Assembly (NCBI GenBank): GCA_045636385.1
Contig: JAZTXK010000068.1
Location: 3,248-67,247, forward strand
DNA length: 64,000 bases
DNA from: Eubacteriales bacterium
GTDB lineage: Bacteria > Bacillota > Clostridia > Oscillospirales > CAG-272
Direction: 5' to 3'
This document shows positions 7,956 through 16,114 of this stretch, one piece after another; the first letter of the stretch is position 1; every line of letters begins with the position of its first letter. Under the pieces are notes generated by a model. The model saw only the letters and a program-made list of their open reading frames with translations. It did not search any database and was not told where the DNA came from. The position numbers and the translations under genes are program-made.

Positions 7956-9166
7956 AAGATATGATCTTCGACAATAAATTCGGAATGTTCATCCATTGGG
8001 GCATCTATGCGCAGACAGGCATTCAAGAGCAGGTCTACGCGCGCTTCGATTGGGACAGAGAAAGATATGAAGCACTTCAAAAGACCTTCAATCCCGTGAA
8101 TTACGACCCCGAAAAGTGGGTTCTTCTTGCCAAGGAGGCGGGAATGAAGTATATCTGCTTCACGGCAAAGCATCACGACGGCTTTTGTATGTGGGATACC
8201 AAATATACCGATTACAACGTGATGAATACGCCTTACGGTAAGGACGTCCTCCGTATGCTTGCCGATGCCTGCGAAAAGCACGGAATGCAGCTTGGCCTCT
8301 ACTATTCAAACCCCGATTGGAATCACCCGCTCGGCTATAATCCCTATTCCACGCACCAATGGAAGGCGGTGGATAAGGAAACGGTCGACACCGAGGGATA
8401 TCGCGAATACGTAAAGAATCAGATTACCGAGCTGTTGACTAATTACGGCAGCATCTACACCCTCTTCTGGGATATTCCGCCGAAGATCGAGGATCCGTCG
8501 CTCAACGAGCTTGCAAGACGGCTTCAGCCGGGCATCCTTATCAACGACCGTGGCTTCGACAAGGGTGATTTTTCGACTCCCGAGCGCGAATACCGCGCGG
8601 CGGAGGGTGAAAGATTTACAAGAATGACCGAGGCTTGCAATTCGCTCGGCAGACAGAGCTGGGGTTACCGCGAGCAGGAGGATTTTTATTCCTACCGTCA
8701 TCTCGTTTCCTCGATCGACCGCATTATGGCGATGGGAGGAAGCTATCTGCTCAACGTCGGACCGAACGGTCTCGGTGAGATCACCGATGAATATGCACGC
8801 CGCTTGCGCAGGATAGGCGGATGGTATAATAGGATGGAGAGCTGTCTTGAGTGCGCCGAGGGCGATTCCTTTGATTATTCCGTCAGACACGATGCCTGTA
8901 TTGTCAACCGCAAGAACGGTAAGCTCTATTTCCATTTCTATAACGGCGTATCGTCTTCTGCGGTCGATATAAAGTTCTTTCCGCATAAGCCGACGCGCGT
9001 CCGCCTCTTGAACACGGGTGAGGATCTCGCCTTCTCCTTTGAGCGCCTGCCCGAGTTTTTCAACGGAAAAACGGGGGTGGCGGAGCATCCGTATCTTCAT
9101 ATCATCGGAATCCCAGTAGATGATCTTGCCGATGAGGCTATAGTATTGGAGATTGAAATAATATAA
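7952..9166 (+). CDS. alpha-L-fucosidase (GH29)
   Basis: 404-aa ORF. GH29 N-terminal signature FGMFIHWGIYAQ..YICFTAKHHDGFCMWDTKYTDYN..LGLYYS. ATGA overlap with the upstream gene. Confidence 0.9.
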   Translation: MKDMIFDNKFGMFIHWGIYAQTGIQEQVYARFDWDRERYEALQKTFNPVNYDPEKWVLLAKEAGMKYICFTAKHHDGFCMWDTKYTDYNVMNTPYGKDVLRMLADACEKHGMQLGLYYSNPDWNHPLGYNPYSTHQWKAVDKETVDTEGYREYVKNQITELLTNYGSIYTLFWDIPPKIEDPSLNELARRLQPGILINDRGFDKGDFSTPEREYRAAEGERFTRMTEACNSLGRQSWGYREQEDFYSYRHLVSSIDRIMAMGGSYLLNVGPNGLGEITDEYARRLRRIGGWYNRMESCLECAEGDSFDYSVRHDACIVNRKNGKLYFHFYNGVSSSAVDIKFFPHKPTRVRLLNTGEDLAFSFERLPEFFNGKTGVAEHPYLHIIGIPVDDLADEAIVLEIEII

Positions 9167-9171
9167 AAATG

Positions 9172-9199
9172 ATCGACCGACAGCGTGCTGTCGGTCGAT
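9172..9199. terminator. bidirectional terminator between convergent genes
   Basis: ATCGACCGACAGC-GTG-GCTGTCGGTCGAT, flanked by an A-run on the left and TTCGTGTT on the right. Confidence 0.6.
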
Positions 9200-9205
9200 T
9201 TCGTG

Positions 9206-9994
9206 TTAAATTTCAATTTCAAATCCGTCGTAAGCCATAGTTACGCCGAATTCTGCGAGGATGCGTGCGGTCTCCTCGGCGGGAACGCCGTGGATGTGGG
9301 GACCCATATGGCTTGCGATGTATGTGCCGCCCTCGCGCATTACGCCGTTTTCGTTGAAGGCTGCAACGAGCAGGCGCACCATGGGGATCGTATTGTGCGT
9401 GCCGATGCGGAAGTTTCCGGGCTGTTCACCGCAGGTGGTGTCGAAAACCGCGCAGTCGATGGGCAGAGCGGTCCTATAAAGATAACTCCACTCCTTGCCC
9501 GTCAGCCAGCCGCCGTCAAGACCGTAGAAGAGCTTTTGTCCATTCTTTTCAAAAACGTAGTGAAGCGTCTGCTCCTCCTTGCCCGCGATGTGGTTTGAGG
9601 GGAGCGCGGTGACGGTCATACCCGCCGCCTCAAAGGTCTCCATAGCCTCAAAGGTGACTATATTGACGAGCGCCATTTCCTCCTCGGTGAGTCCGAGATA
9701 CTGAAGCGCGCCCGTGTTGCAATAGAAATTAAGCTTTCTGCCGCCCGCCTTGGCATAGCGAAGGAAAGTATCCTTGCAAAAATGATCGTCGTGGCTGTGC
9801 GTCAGGAAGATATCCGTAACCTCTGCGGGCGAGATGCCGCGCTTTTCAAGGAAATCGTAGGTGTGAATGGGCACGTCGAGCTGTACTGTGCCGTCGATCA
9901 GCATCGACGAGCACCTTCTTGCGCCCTCGGGGATCTGATCCTCGTGGAGCTTTTTACATTTTGCCGATCCGGTGCCGAGAAATAATAGCTTCAT
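9206..9994 (-). CDS. MBL-fold metallo-hydrolase
   Basis: 262-aa ORF with the HxHxDH motif in FLTHSHDDHF. Confidence 0.8.
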   Translation of the reverse strand: MKLLFLGTGSAKCKKLHEDQIPEGARRCSSMLIDGTVQLDVPIHTYDFLEKRGISPAEVTDIFLTHSHDDHFCKDTFLRYAKAGGRKLNFYCNTGALQYLGLTEEEMALVNIVTFEAMETFEAAGMTVTALPSNHIAGKEEQTLHYVFEKNGQKLFYGLDGGWLTGKEWSYLYRTALPIDCAVFDTTCGEQPGNFRIGTHNTIPMVRLLVAAFNENGVMREGGTYIASHMGPHIHGVPAEETARILAEFGVTMAYDGFEIEI

Positions 9995-10060
9995 GATTTT
10001 TCTCCTATAGGATTTTTATTAAATATTATCATATAATGTAAAAAAAGTCAAGGGAATATA

Positions 10061-10089
10061 TTGACTTTGTTAAAAAAGTATTGTATAAT
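10061..10089 (+). promoter_or_regulatory. sigma-A-type promoter
   Basis: TTGACT (10061-10066), 17 nt, TATAAT (10084-10089). Confidence 0.55.
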
Positions 10090-10120
10090 GTATTCATATA
10101 TTATTCATTGGAGGTAACCT

Positions 10121-10726
10121 ATGAACAATTCCGAAATCAAAAAACGCGCCAAAGAGGCGATGAAGAACAAATGGGGGCTTGCTATCGGAGTCTTTATCGT
10201 TTACGGCTTGATAAATTCTGCGATCAGCGCAACGGGTATCGGAGCTTTGGCGGCAGGATTGCTTTCCGTCGGCTTTGCTGCATTTTTCCTTGATGCTCTC
10301 AGAAGCGAAAAGGTGAGCTTTGAAAGCTTTTTCAAGGGCTTTACCGAGTACATCGGCACCAAGTTCGTTTCCATGCTCCTCGTTCAGATCTATACTATGC
10401 TCTGGACTCTTCTTTTCTACATTCCCGGCATCGTAAAGACCTATTCCTACGCTATGACTCCCTACATCCTTCTCGATAAGCCCGAGCTCAGTGCTAACGA
10501 GGCTATCACCGACAGCCGCATGATGATGCGCGGTCATAAGATGGAGCTCTTCCTTCTCGACCTCTCCTTCATCGGTTGGATTCTTCTCTCCATTCTCACC
10601 TGCGGAATTCTCTTTATCTACGTAGTTCCCTATATGCAGGCAGCTCGCGCGGAATTCTACCGCACTCTCAAGGGCGAGCATGAAGCTCCCGCACAAGAAG
10701 AGCCCGTAATCGAGATACCGCACTGA
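10121..10726 (+). CDS. DUF975-family integral membrane protein
   Basis: 201-aa ORF. Typical DUF975 start MNNSEIKKRAKEAMKNKWG and four to five TM helices. Confidence 0.8.
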   Translation: MNNSEIKKRAKEAMKNKWGLAIGVFIVYGLINSAISATGIGALAAGLLSVGFAAFFLDALRSEKVSFESFFKGFTEYIGTKFVSMLLVQIYTMLWTLLFYIPGIVKTYSYAMTPYILLDKPELSANEAITDSRMMMRGHKMELFLLDLSFIGWILLSILTCGILFIYVVPYMQAARAEFYRTLKGEHEAPAQEEPVIEIPH

Positions 10727-10730
10727 TTGA

Positions 10731-10810
10731 GTGCAGAGTGCAGAGTGCAGAGTGCAGAGTGCAGAGTGCAGAGTGCAGAGTTAAGGTAAATTTTCGCTGA
10801 CGCGAAAATT
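10731..10810 (+). repeat. heptad array (GTGCAGA)x7 plus conserved hairpin
   Basis: Seven perfect GTGCAGA units at 10731..10779, starting 4 nt after the TGA stop. Followed by GTTAAGGTAAATTTTCGC-TGAC-GCGAAAATT. Same architecture at 11055..10993 (minus) and 59469..59531. Confidence 0.9.
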
Positions 10811-10875
10811 ATTCCAATGATAATTTTGTGCTGTGCTGATAAAACCCCGCAAATCAAAAACTAAAACAAGTAAAT

Positions 10876-10926
10876 AAAAATCTCGGATATTTTGAAGCAA
10901 CAACTTCTTAATATCCGAGATTTTTT
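10876..10926. terminator. bidirectional terminator between convergent genes
   Basis: AAAAATCTCGGATAT..ATATCCGAGATTTTTT, a long hairpin flanked by A- and T-runs. Confidence 0.65.
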
Positions 10927-10992
10927 ATTTAGGTATTAAATTATCCCATTTAACAATGAAATATTAACACCGAATTAAATTATCGCAACATC

Positions 10993-11055
10993 CGATTTCC
11001 GAGCAACGCGAGGAAATCTTCCATCACTCTGCACTCTGCATTCTGCACTCTGCAT
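10993..11055 (-). repeat. heptad array (ATGCAGA/GTGCAGA)x4 plus hairpin
   Basis: Minus strand after the DAHP synthase stop reads TAA-TTGA-ATGCAGA GTGCAGA ATGCAGA GTGCAGA-GTGATGGAA-GATTTCC..GGAAATC. Confidence 0.85.
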
Positions 11056-11059
11056 TCAA

Positions 11060-12109
11060 TTACAGCTCTTCCGCCAAATCGAGTATCAGCCTCTCGGTCT
11101 TCTCCCACCCCAGGCAGGGGTCGGTGATCGACTGACCGCAGACGTAGCTTGCTTCGTCGGTGACCTTCTGTGCTCCGTCGATGAGGTAGCTTTCGATCAT
11201 AAGTCCCTTGACGAGGCGCTTGATATCCGCACTCTTGCGGCAGGAGTGGACGATGTCCTTGGCGATGCGGGGCTGTTCTGCCCACTTTTTGCCCGAGTTT
11301 GCGTGGTTGGTGTCAACGATAACGGCGGGATTTGCGAGATCGGTCTTTGAGTAGGTCTCGCAGAGATCGCGCAGGTCCTCGTAGTGGTAGTTGGGGTAGG
11401 ATTTGCCCGAGCCGTCAACGTAACCGCGGAGGATGGCGTGCGCGAGGGGATTACCGTGGCTCTCGACTTCCCATCCGCGGTAGATGAAGGTGTGGGAGTG
11501 TTGCGCGGCGGTGATAGAGTTCATCATAATTGAAATATCACCGCTTGTGGGGTTCTTCATACCGACGGGAACGTCGATACCGCTTGCCGTGAGGCGGTGC
11601 TGTTGGTTTTCAACAGAACGCGCGCCGACCGCTGTGTAGGCAAGCAGATCGGAAAGGTAACGGTAGTTATCGGGGTAGAGAAGCTCGTCTGCCGAAGCCA
11701 GACCGTAATCGCGCAGAACACGGCTGTGAAGCTCTCTCGTTGCGATGATGCCGCCAAGAACGTCAACCTCCTCGGTGGGGTTGGGCTGATGAAGCATACC
11801 CTTGTAGCCGTCGCCCGTGGTTCTCGGCTTGTTGGTGTAGATTCGGGGGATTATGATTATTTTATCTTCAACCTTTTTCTGAATATCGGCGAGCTTTTCA
11901 ACGTACTGAAGCACAGGCTCGGGGCGGTCGGCGGAGCAGGGACCGATGACGAGGATGAATTTGTCAAGCTCGCCCTTGAAGACCTTTGCGATCTCAACGT
12001 CGCGTGCTTCCTTGATTGCCTGCATTTCCTCGGTGATGGGGAACTGAGCTTTGATATCCATCGGGATGGGAAGCTTGCGCTTGAAATCCATATTTGACAT
12101 ATTACTCAT
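11060..12109 (-). CDS. aroG: 3-deoxy-7-phosphoheptulonate (DAHP) synthase, type I-alpha
   Basis: 349-aa ORF with E. coli AroG/F/H-like blocks: VIGPCS, IIPRIYTNKPRTT, GMKNPTSG, VDTNHANSGK. Confidence 0.9.
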   Translation of the reverse strand: MSNMSNMDFKRKLPIPMDIKAQFPITEEMQAIKEARDVEIAKVFKGELDKFILVIGPCSADRPEPVLQYVEKLADIQKKVEDKIIIIPRIYTNKPRTTGDGYKGMLHQPNPTEEVDVLGGIIATRELHSRVLRDYGLASADELLYPDNYRYLSDLLAYTAVGARSVENQQHRLTASGIDVPVGMKNPTSGDISIMMNSITAAQHSHTFIYRGWEVESHGNPLAHAILRGYVDGSGKSYPNYHYEDLRDLCETYSKTDLANPAVIVDTNHANSGKKWAEQPRIAKDIVHSCRKSADIKRLVKGLMIESYLIDGAQKVTDEASYVCGQSITDPCLGWEKTERLILDLAEEL

Positions 12110-13340
12110 TTGTTATGTTTCCTTTGATATTTGCGCCGAGCTCTTTGAGCTTTTCAAAGAAATCGGGCATACTTTTTCTGACTGCCTCAGCTCCTTGAAT
12201 CTCTCCGCCGAATCGCGCGCAAAGAACCGAAAGGCTCATTGCGATGCGGTGGTCGTTGTGAGAGGAGAGGGGAAGGGTGGGCTCGTGAAGCTCGGTGGGG
12301 AGGATTTTTACAGTTCCGCCGTCAAGTCCGTCAAGGACTTCGATGCGCGCGCCGAACTTTTCAAGCTCCTCCTTCATCGCCGCAATACGGTCGCTTTCCT
12401 TGAAGCGAAGGCGGTCGGTGTGCGTGAACTTACCGCCGAAGATCGCCGCGCAGGTAAAGAGGATCGGCGCAAGATCGGGACAGTCGGAGAGGTTGATGTT
12501 TTGGTTTTTGTTGGCTTTAAGTGCATCAAAATGGCTATTAAAGACCATATCTCCCTGCAAGCTGCTCGGGTTGAGTCCTTCAACCGTAACCTCTCCGCCA
12601 ACGAGATTCAACGCTTCAAAGAACGCGGCGTTCGAGGCGTCGCCCTCGATACGGAGCTCGGCGGGCGTGTATTTTTGATTGCCTTTTATATTAAAAGTTT
12701 TGTTTTCGCGGGTAATTTTTATGCCGAATTTTGCGAGCGTGTCGACGGTCAGATCAACGTAGGATGCGCTTTCGAAATTGCCCTCGACGATGATCTTGCT
12801 GTCGTTTTCGCAGAGGGGAAGGGCAAAGAGCAGACCCGTGATGAACTGACTGCTGACACCGCCGTCGATGCGGTATTCGCCCGATTCGATCGGTTTACCC
12901 GACGCGAGTGTCAAAGTATTGTTGCCCTGACGGCAATATCGCGCCGTGAAGATATCCGAATATACGCCGAGGGGGCGCGAGAGGAGCTTTTCTGTTCCCG
13001 AAAGCTTAAATTCTTCGGGTGAGAGCAGGCATATCGGAATCATAAATCGGAGTGTGCTTCCCGATTCGCGGCAATTAAGAGTATCAAGCGAACGCGGCTT
13101 TCCGCCGATGCCGATGACTTTGACGGTGCCCGTTCCAAGCTTTTCAAATTTCGCTCCGATGGCGGTCAACGCGTCGATCGTCGCGAGAATATCCTCGGAG
13201 AATGCGAGATTGGATATCACACTCTCGCCCTCCGCAAGCGCGGCGCAGATCAGCGCGCGGTGCGAGATGCTTTTCGAGGGCGGTGCAGTGACCTTGCCCG
13301 AAAGACGCGAGGGCGCGATTTTTACGTTATAGCGTTTCAT
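12102..13340 (-). CDS. aroA: 3-phosphoshikimate 1-carboxyvinyltransferase (EPSP synthase)
   Basis: 412-aa ORF. PPSKSISHRALICAALAEG, LRFKESDRI and HNDHRIAMS blocks. Overlaps neighbouring genes at both ends. Confidence 0.95.
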   Translation of the reverse strand: MKRYNVKIAPSRLSGKVTAPPSKSISHRALICAALAEGESVISNLAFSEDILATIDALTAIGAKFEKLGTGTVKVIGIGGKPRSLDTLNCRESGSTLRFMIPICLLSPEEFKLSGTEKLLSRPLGVYSDIFTARYCRQGNNTLTLASGKPIESGEYRIDGGVSSQFITGLLFALPLCENDSKIIVEGNFESASYVDLTVDTLAKFGIKITRENKTFNIKGNQKYTPAELRIEGDASNAAFFEALNLVGGEVTVEGLNPSSLQGDMVFNSHFDALKANKNQNINLSDCPDLAPILFTCAAIFGGKFTHTDRLRFKESDRIAAMKEELEKFGARIEVLDGLDGGTVKILPTELHEPTLPLSSHNDHRIAMSLSVLCARFGGEIQGAEAVRKSMPDFFEKLKELGANIKGNITNE

Positions 13341-13779
13341 TTTTCATTGACTTTTTATGCTCGATCAAAAGATCTATCGCTTCAAGATATCCGTCGGTTC
13401 CGTGACCAGAGATGGTTGCGATGCAAGCCTCGCGGACGTAGCTGATCTGTCTGTATTCCTCGCGCTGCGATACGTCCGAGATATGGACCTCGACCGTCGG
13501 AATGCCGACCGATTTAAGCGCGTCGAGAAGCGCTATCGAGGTGTGTGTATACGCGGCGGGGTTGATGACGATGCCGTCAAACTTTGTATAAGCCTCCTGA
13601 ATGGCGTCAACGAGAACGCCTTCGTGGTTCGACTGGAGCGTTTTCAGCTTGATTCCGCGCTCGCTCGCGTGCTTCTGTATCTTTGCGAGAAGCGACGCGT
13701 AATTTTCCTTGCCGTAGATTTTAGGCTCGCGGATGCCGAGCATATTGATATTGGGGCCGTTGAGAACGAGAATTTTCAT
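13327..13779 (-). CDS. aroQ: type II 3-dehydroquinate dehydratase
   Basis: 150-aa ORF: MKILVLNGPNINMLGIREP..YG, QSNHEG, INPAAYTHTSIAL. Confidence 0.95.
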   Translation of the reverse strand: MKILVLNGPNINMLGIREPKIYGKENYASLLAKIQKHASERGIKLKTLQSNHEGVLVDAIQEAYTKFDGIVINPAAYTHTSIALLDALKSVGIPTVEVHISDVSQREEYRQISYVREACIATISGHGTDGYLEAIDLLIEHKKSMKNETL

Positions 13780-15029
13780 AATGTTATCTCCGAAAAGATC
13801 TTTAAAATTTCCGCCGCCTCTGTTTCGGGGGCGTTTTTGTGTGAAATGCTTACGACTGCGTCAGCCGCGAGAGTGTAGAGAAGATTCCGCGCGAGGTAGA
13901 GCTTTTCGATCGCCGCGCGGTTTGCCGAGAGAGGTCTGTCGGGTGTGACGGGAAGCTCGTCGGTCGGGCAATTGAGATAGAATATTCTGCCGTTTTGGCG
14001 GAGAAGAGCGACGTTGATGCTCCGTGTAACTGCACCGCCGCCCGTGGCGATAACTATACCGCTTTTCTTTGAGATCTCGCGGATAGCCTCGGTTTCGATC
14101 ACACGGAAAGCGTCTTCGCCCGATTCGCGAATGATTTCGGACGGATGCTTGCCGGTTATCTCTCTGATAACTGTGTCGGTGTCAATGAAGTTTCTGCCCG
14201 TGATCTCTGCGATTATCTTGCCTATTGTAGATTTTCCGCAACCGGGCATACCGATGAGAACGATATTTTCCTTTGATTCAAAAATGCTTTTTGCAACTTC
14301 CTCGACGCTATTTTCGTCAAGCTTTTTGCCGAGGAAAATTTCGGATGCTCTTGCCGCCTGAAGAATCAGCATCATAAGTCCGCCGACGGCGGGGATTCCG
14401 CGCTTTTTCGCTTCAAGCACGAGATTTGTCCGCAGGGGATTGTAGATCGCGTCGATCACGCCCGTGAGATTCGGGAAGGAATAAAGGTCGATCGGGCACG
14501 CATCCGTGTTCGGATACATTCCGAGAGGGGTGGTGTTGACGATTATTTCGGCATCCGAATGATGTGTTACTGCTGTTTCGTAGGTCACGGTTTTGTCGCT
14601 TTCCTTGCGGGAAACTACGATTATTTCGCTTGCACCGAGGTCGGAAAGAACAGCCTTTGCGGTCTTCGACGTACCGCCCGTGCCGAGGATGAGAGTCTTT
14701 TTGCCCTCGATCTCAATACCTGCGCGGAGGATCATCTCGCGCATACCGTAAAAATCGGTGTTGTCGCCGATAAGCTTGCCGCCGACTTTTTTGACGGTAT
14801 TTACCGCGCCGATCTTTCTCGCGGCATCGGTTATCTCGTCGAGATAGGGCATCACTTTTTCCTTGTAAGGAATCGTTACGTTGATGCCCTCGAACTCGCG
14901 AGCTTCAAGGAAGGGCGCGATCTCGTCGGGCGTAAGCTCGCGGATCTCGTAGGTGTAATCCGCAAGCGCTTCGTGTATTTCTTTAGAAAAGCTGTGCGAG
15001 AGCTTTTCGCCTATAAGTCCGTATTTCAT
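13776..15029 (-). CDS. aroE-aroK: bifunctional shikimate dehydrogenase / shikimate kinase fusion
   Basis: Track ORF 13776..15446 has an Arg-rich junk N-terminus. The real start is ATG 15029 (MKYGLIGEKLSHSFSKEIH), in ATGA overlap with the aroC stop. AroE fold comes first, then a kinase P-loop LIGMPGCGKSTIGK. Confidence 0.9.
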   Translation of the reverse strand: MKYGLIGEKLSHSFSKEIHEALADYTYEIRELTPDEIAPFLEAREFEGINVTIPYKEKVMPYLDEITDAARKIGAVNTVKKVGGKLIGDNTDFYGMREMILRAGIEIEGKKTLILGTGGTSKTAKAVLSDLGASEIIVVSRKESDKTVTYETAVTHHSDAEIIVNTTPLGMYPNTDACPIDLYSFPNLTGVIDAIYNPLRTNLVLEAKKRGIPAVGGLMMLILQAARASEIFLGKKLDENSVEEVAKSIFESKENIVLIGMPGCGKSTIGKIIAEITGRNFIDTDTVIREITGKHPSEIIRESGEDAFRVIETEAIREISKKSGIVIATGGGAVTRSINVALLRQNGRIFYLNCPTDELPVTPDRPLSANRAAIEKLYLARNLLYTLAADAVVSISHKNAPETEAAEILKIFSEITL

Positions 15030-16111
15030 TTTTGTGTGAGCGCGTCCGAGCCGTAGCGGACGGTGAGCATATCGGCAACGACGAGAGCGGCGACGCTGTC
15101 GAGGACTATTCTCGCGCGCGGAACGATGCAGGGATCGTGTCTGCCTTTGATATTCAGATCGGTTTCCTCGAGAGTTGCCATATTGACGGTCTTCTGAGTC
15201 TGCGCGATCGAGGGCGTGGGCTTTATCGTTGTGCGGAAGACGACGGGCATTCCGTTCGTGATACCGCCCTGAACTCCGCCCGAATTGTTTGTTTCGGTGA
15301 CGATCTTGCCGTCCTTGATGACGAATTCGTCGTTTGCCTTGCTGCCGCGCATAACCGAAATTCTCTCCGCACCGAACGCAACCGCTTTTACTGCGGGAAT
15401 GCCGAAAACTGCGCGTGCGATCTGCGACTCGACTCCGTCGAACCAAGGCTCGCCGAGACCTGTGGGGAGACCGACGATCGCTGTCTCAAGCACGCCTCCG
15501 ACGCTGTCCGAGCGTTCTCTTGCATGCTCGATTACATCCTTCATCCAGTTGATCGAGTGCTGATCGGTCAGACCGTATTCGCTTTCGGCAATCGCAAGGA
15601 GCGATTCGGGAGTGTGCTCCTCGGCTCCGAGAATGATCTGGCCTATCTCCTTTATATACGTGCCGATATAGATGCCTTTTTCGCGCAGGGCGGGGATGAC
15701 TATCGCACCCGCCGCAACGAGTGCCGCAGTCAGTCTGCCCGAAAAATGTCCGCCGCCGCGGTAGTCTTCAAAGCCGTGGTATTTCTCGCGCGCTGTGAAA
15801 TCCGCGTGCGAGGGGCGGGGAAGATCGGGGGTATAGTCGCGGCTTCGCGTGTCGGTGTTGGGAATGAATATGCAAAGCGGCGCGCCCGTGGTGTAGCCGC
15901 CCAAAACTCCGCTTTGAATCACGTATTCGTCGGGCTCGCGGCGGGAGGTCGAGATGCTCTCGGAGGGACGGCGCAGGGTAAGCTGATGCGCGATGAAGTC
16001 CTCGTCGACCTTGATGCCGGGGGCGATACCGTCGATAAGAACGCCGACGCCCGCGCCGTGGCTTTCGCCGAAAAGAGAGATATTTATTGCATTTCCGAAT
16101 GAATTTTTCAT
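15026..16111 (-). CDS. aroC: chorismate synthase
   Basis: 361-aa ORF: FGESHG, GGHFSGRLTA, NNSGGVQGGITNG, GRHDPC. Confidence 0.95.
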   Translation of the reverse strand: MKNSFGNAINISLFGESHGAGVGVLIDGIAPGIKVDEDFIAHQLTLRRPSESISTSRREPDEYVIQSGVLGGYTTGAPLCIFIPNTDTRSRDYTPDLPRPSHADFTAREKYHGFEDYRGGGHFSGRLTAALVAAGAIVIPALREKGIYIGTYIKEIGQIILGAEEHTPESLLAIAESEYGLTDQHSINWMKDVIEHARERSDSVGGVLETAIVGLPTGLGEPWFDGVESQIARAVFGIPAVKAVAFGAERISVMRGSKANDEFVIKDGKIVTETNNSGGVQGGITNGMPVVFRTTIKPTPSIAQTQKTVNMATLEETDLNIKGRHDPCIVPRARIVLDSVAALVVADMLTVRYGSDALTQK

Positions 16112-16114
16112 TTT

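Noticed and set aside
10731-10779. Possible CRISPR array or coding low-complexity repeat.
   Set aside because: The units are 7 nt with no spacers, so this is not a CRISPR. A period of 7 is not a multiple of 3 and the array starts after a stop codon, so it is not a coding repeat.
10993-11055. TRAP-type (trp RNA-binding attenuation protein) site, considered because of GAG repeats next to the aromatic operon.
   Set aside because: The array lies 3' of the last gene, not in a leader. The spacer length (4 nt) differs from the TRAP optimum (2-3 nt). Identical arrays follow unrelated genes (DUF975, eno). It is kept only as a geometric analogy.
15030-15446. N-terminal 139-aa extension of the track ORF 13776..15446.
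   Set aside because: The extension is an Arg-rich stretch that overlaps aroC out of frame. ATG 15029 gives a canonical AroE N-terminus and an ATGA overlap with the aroC stop.
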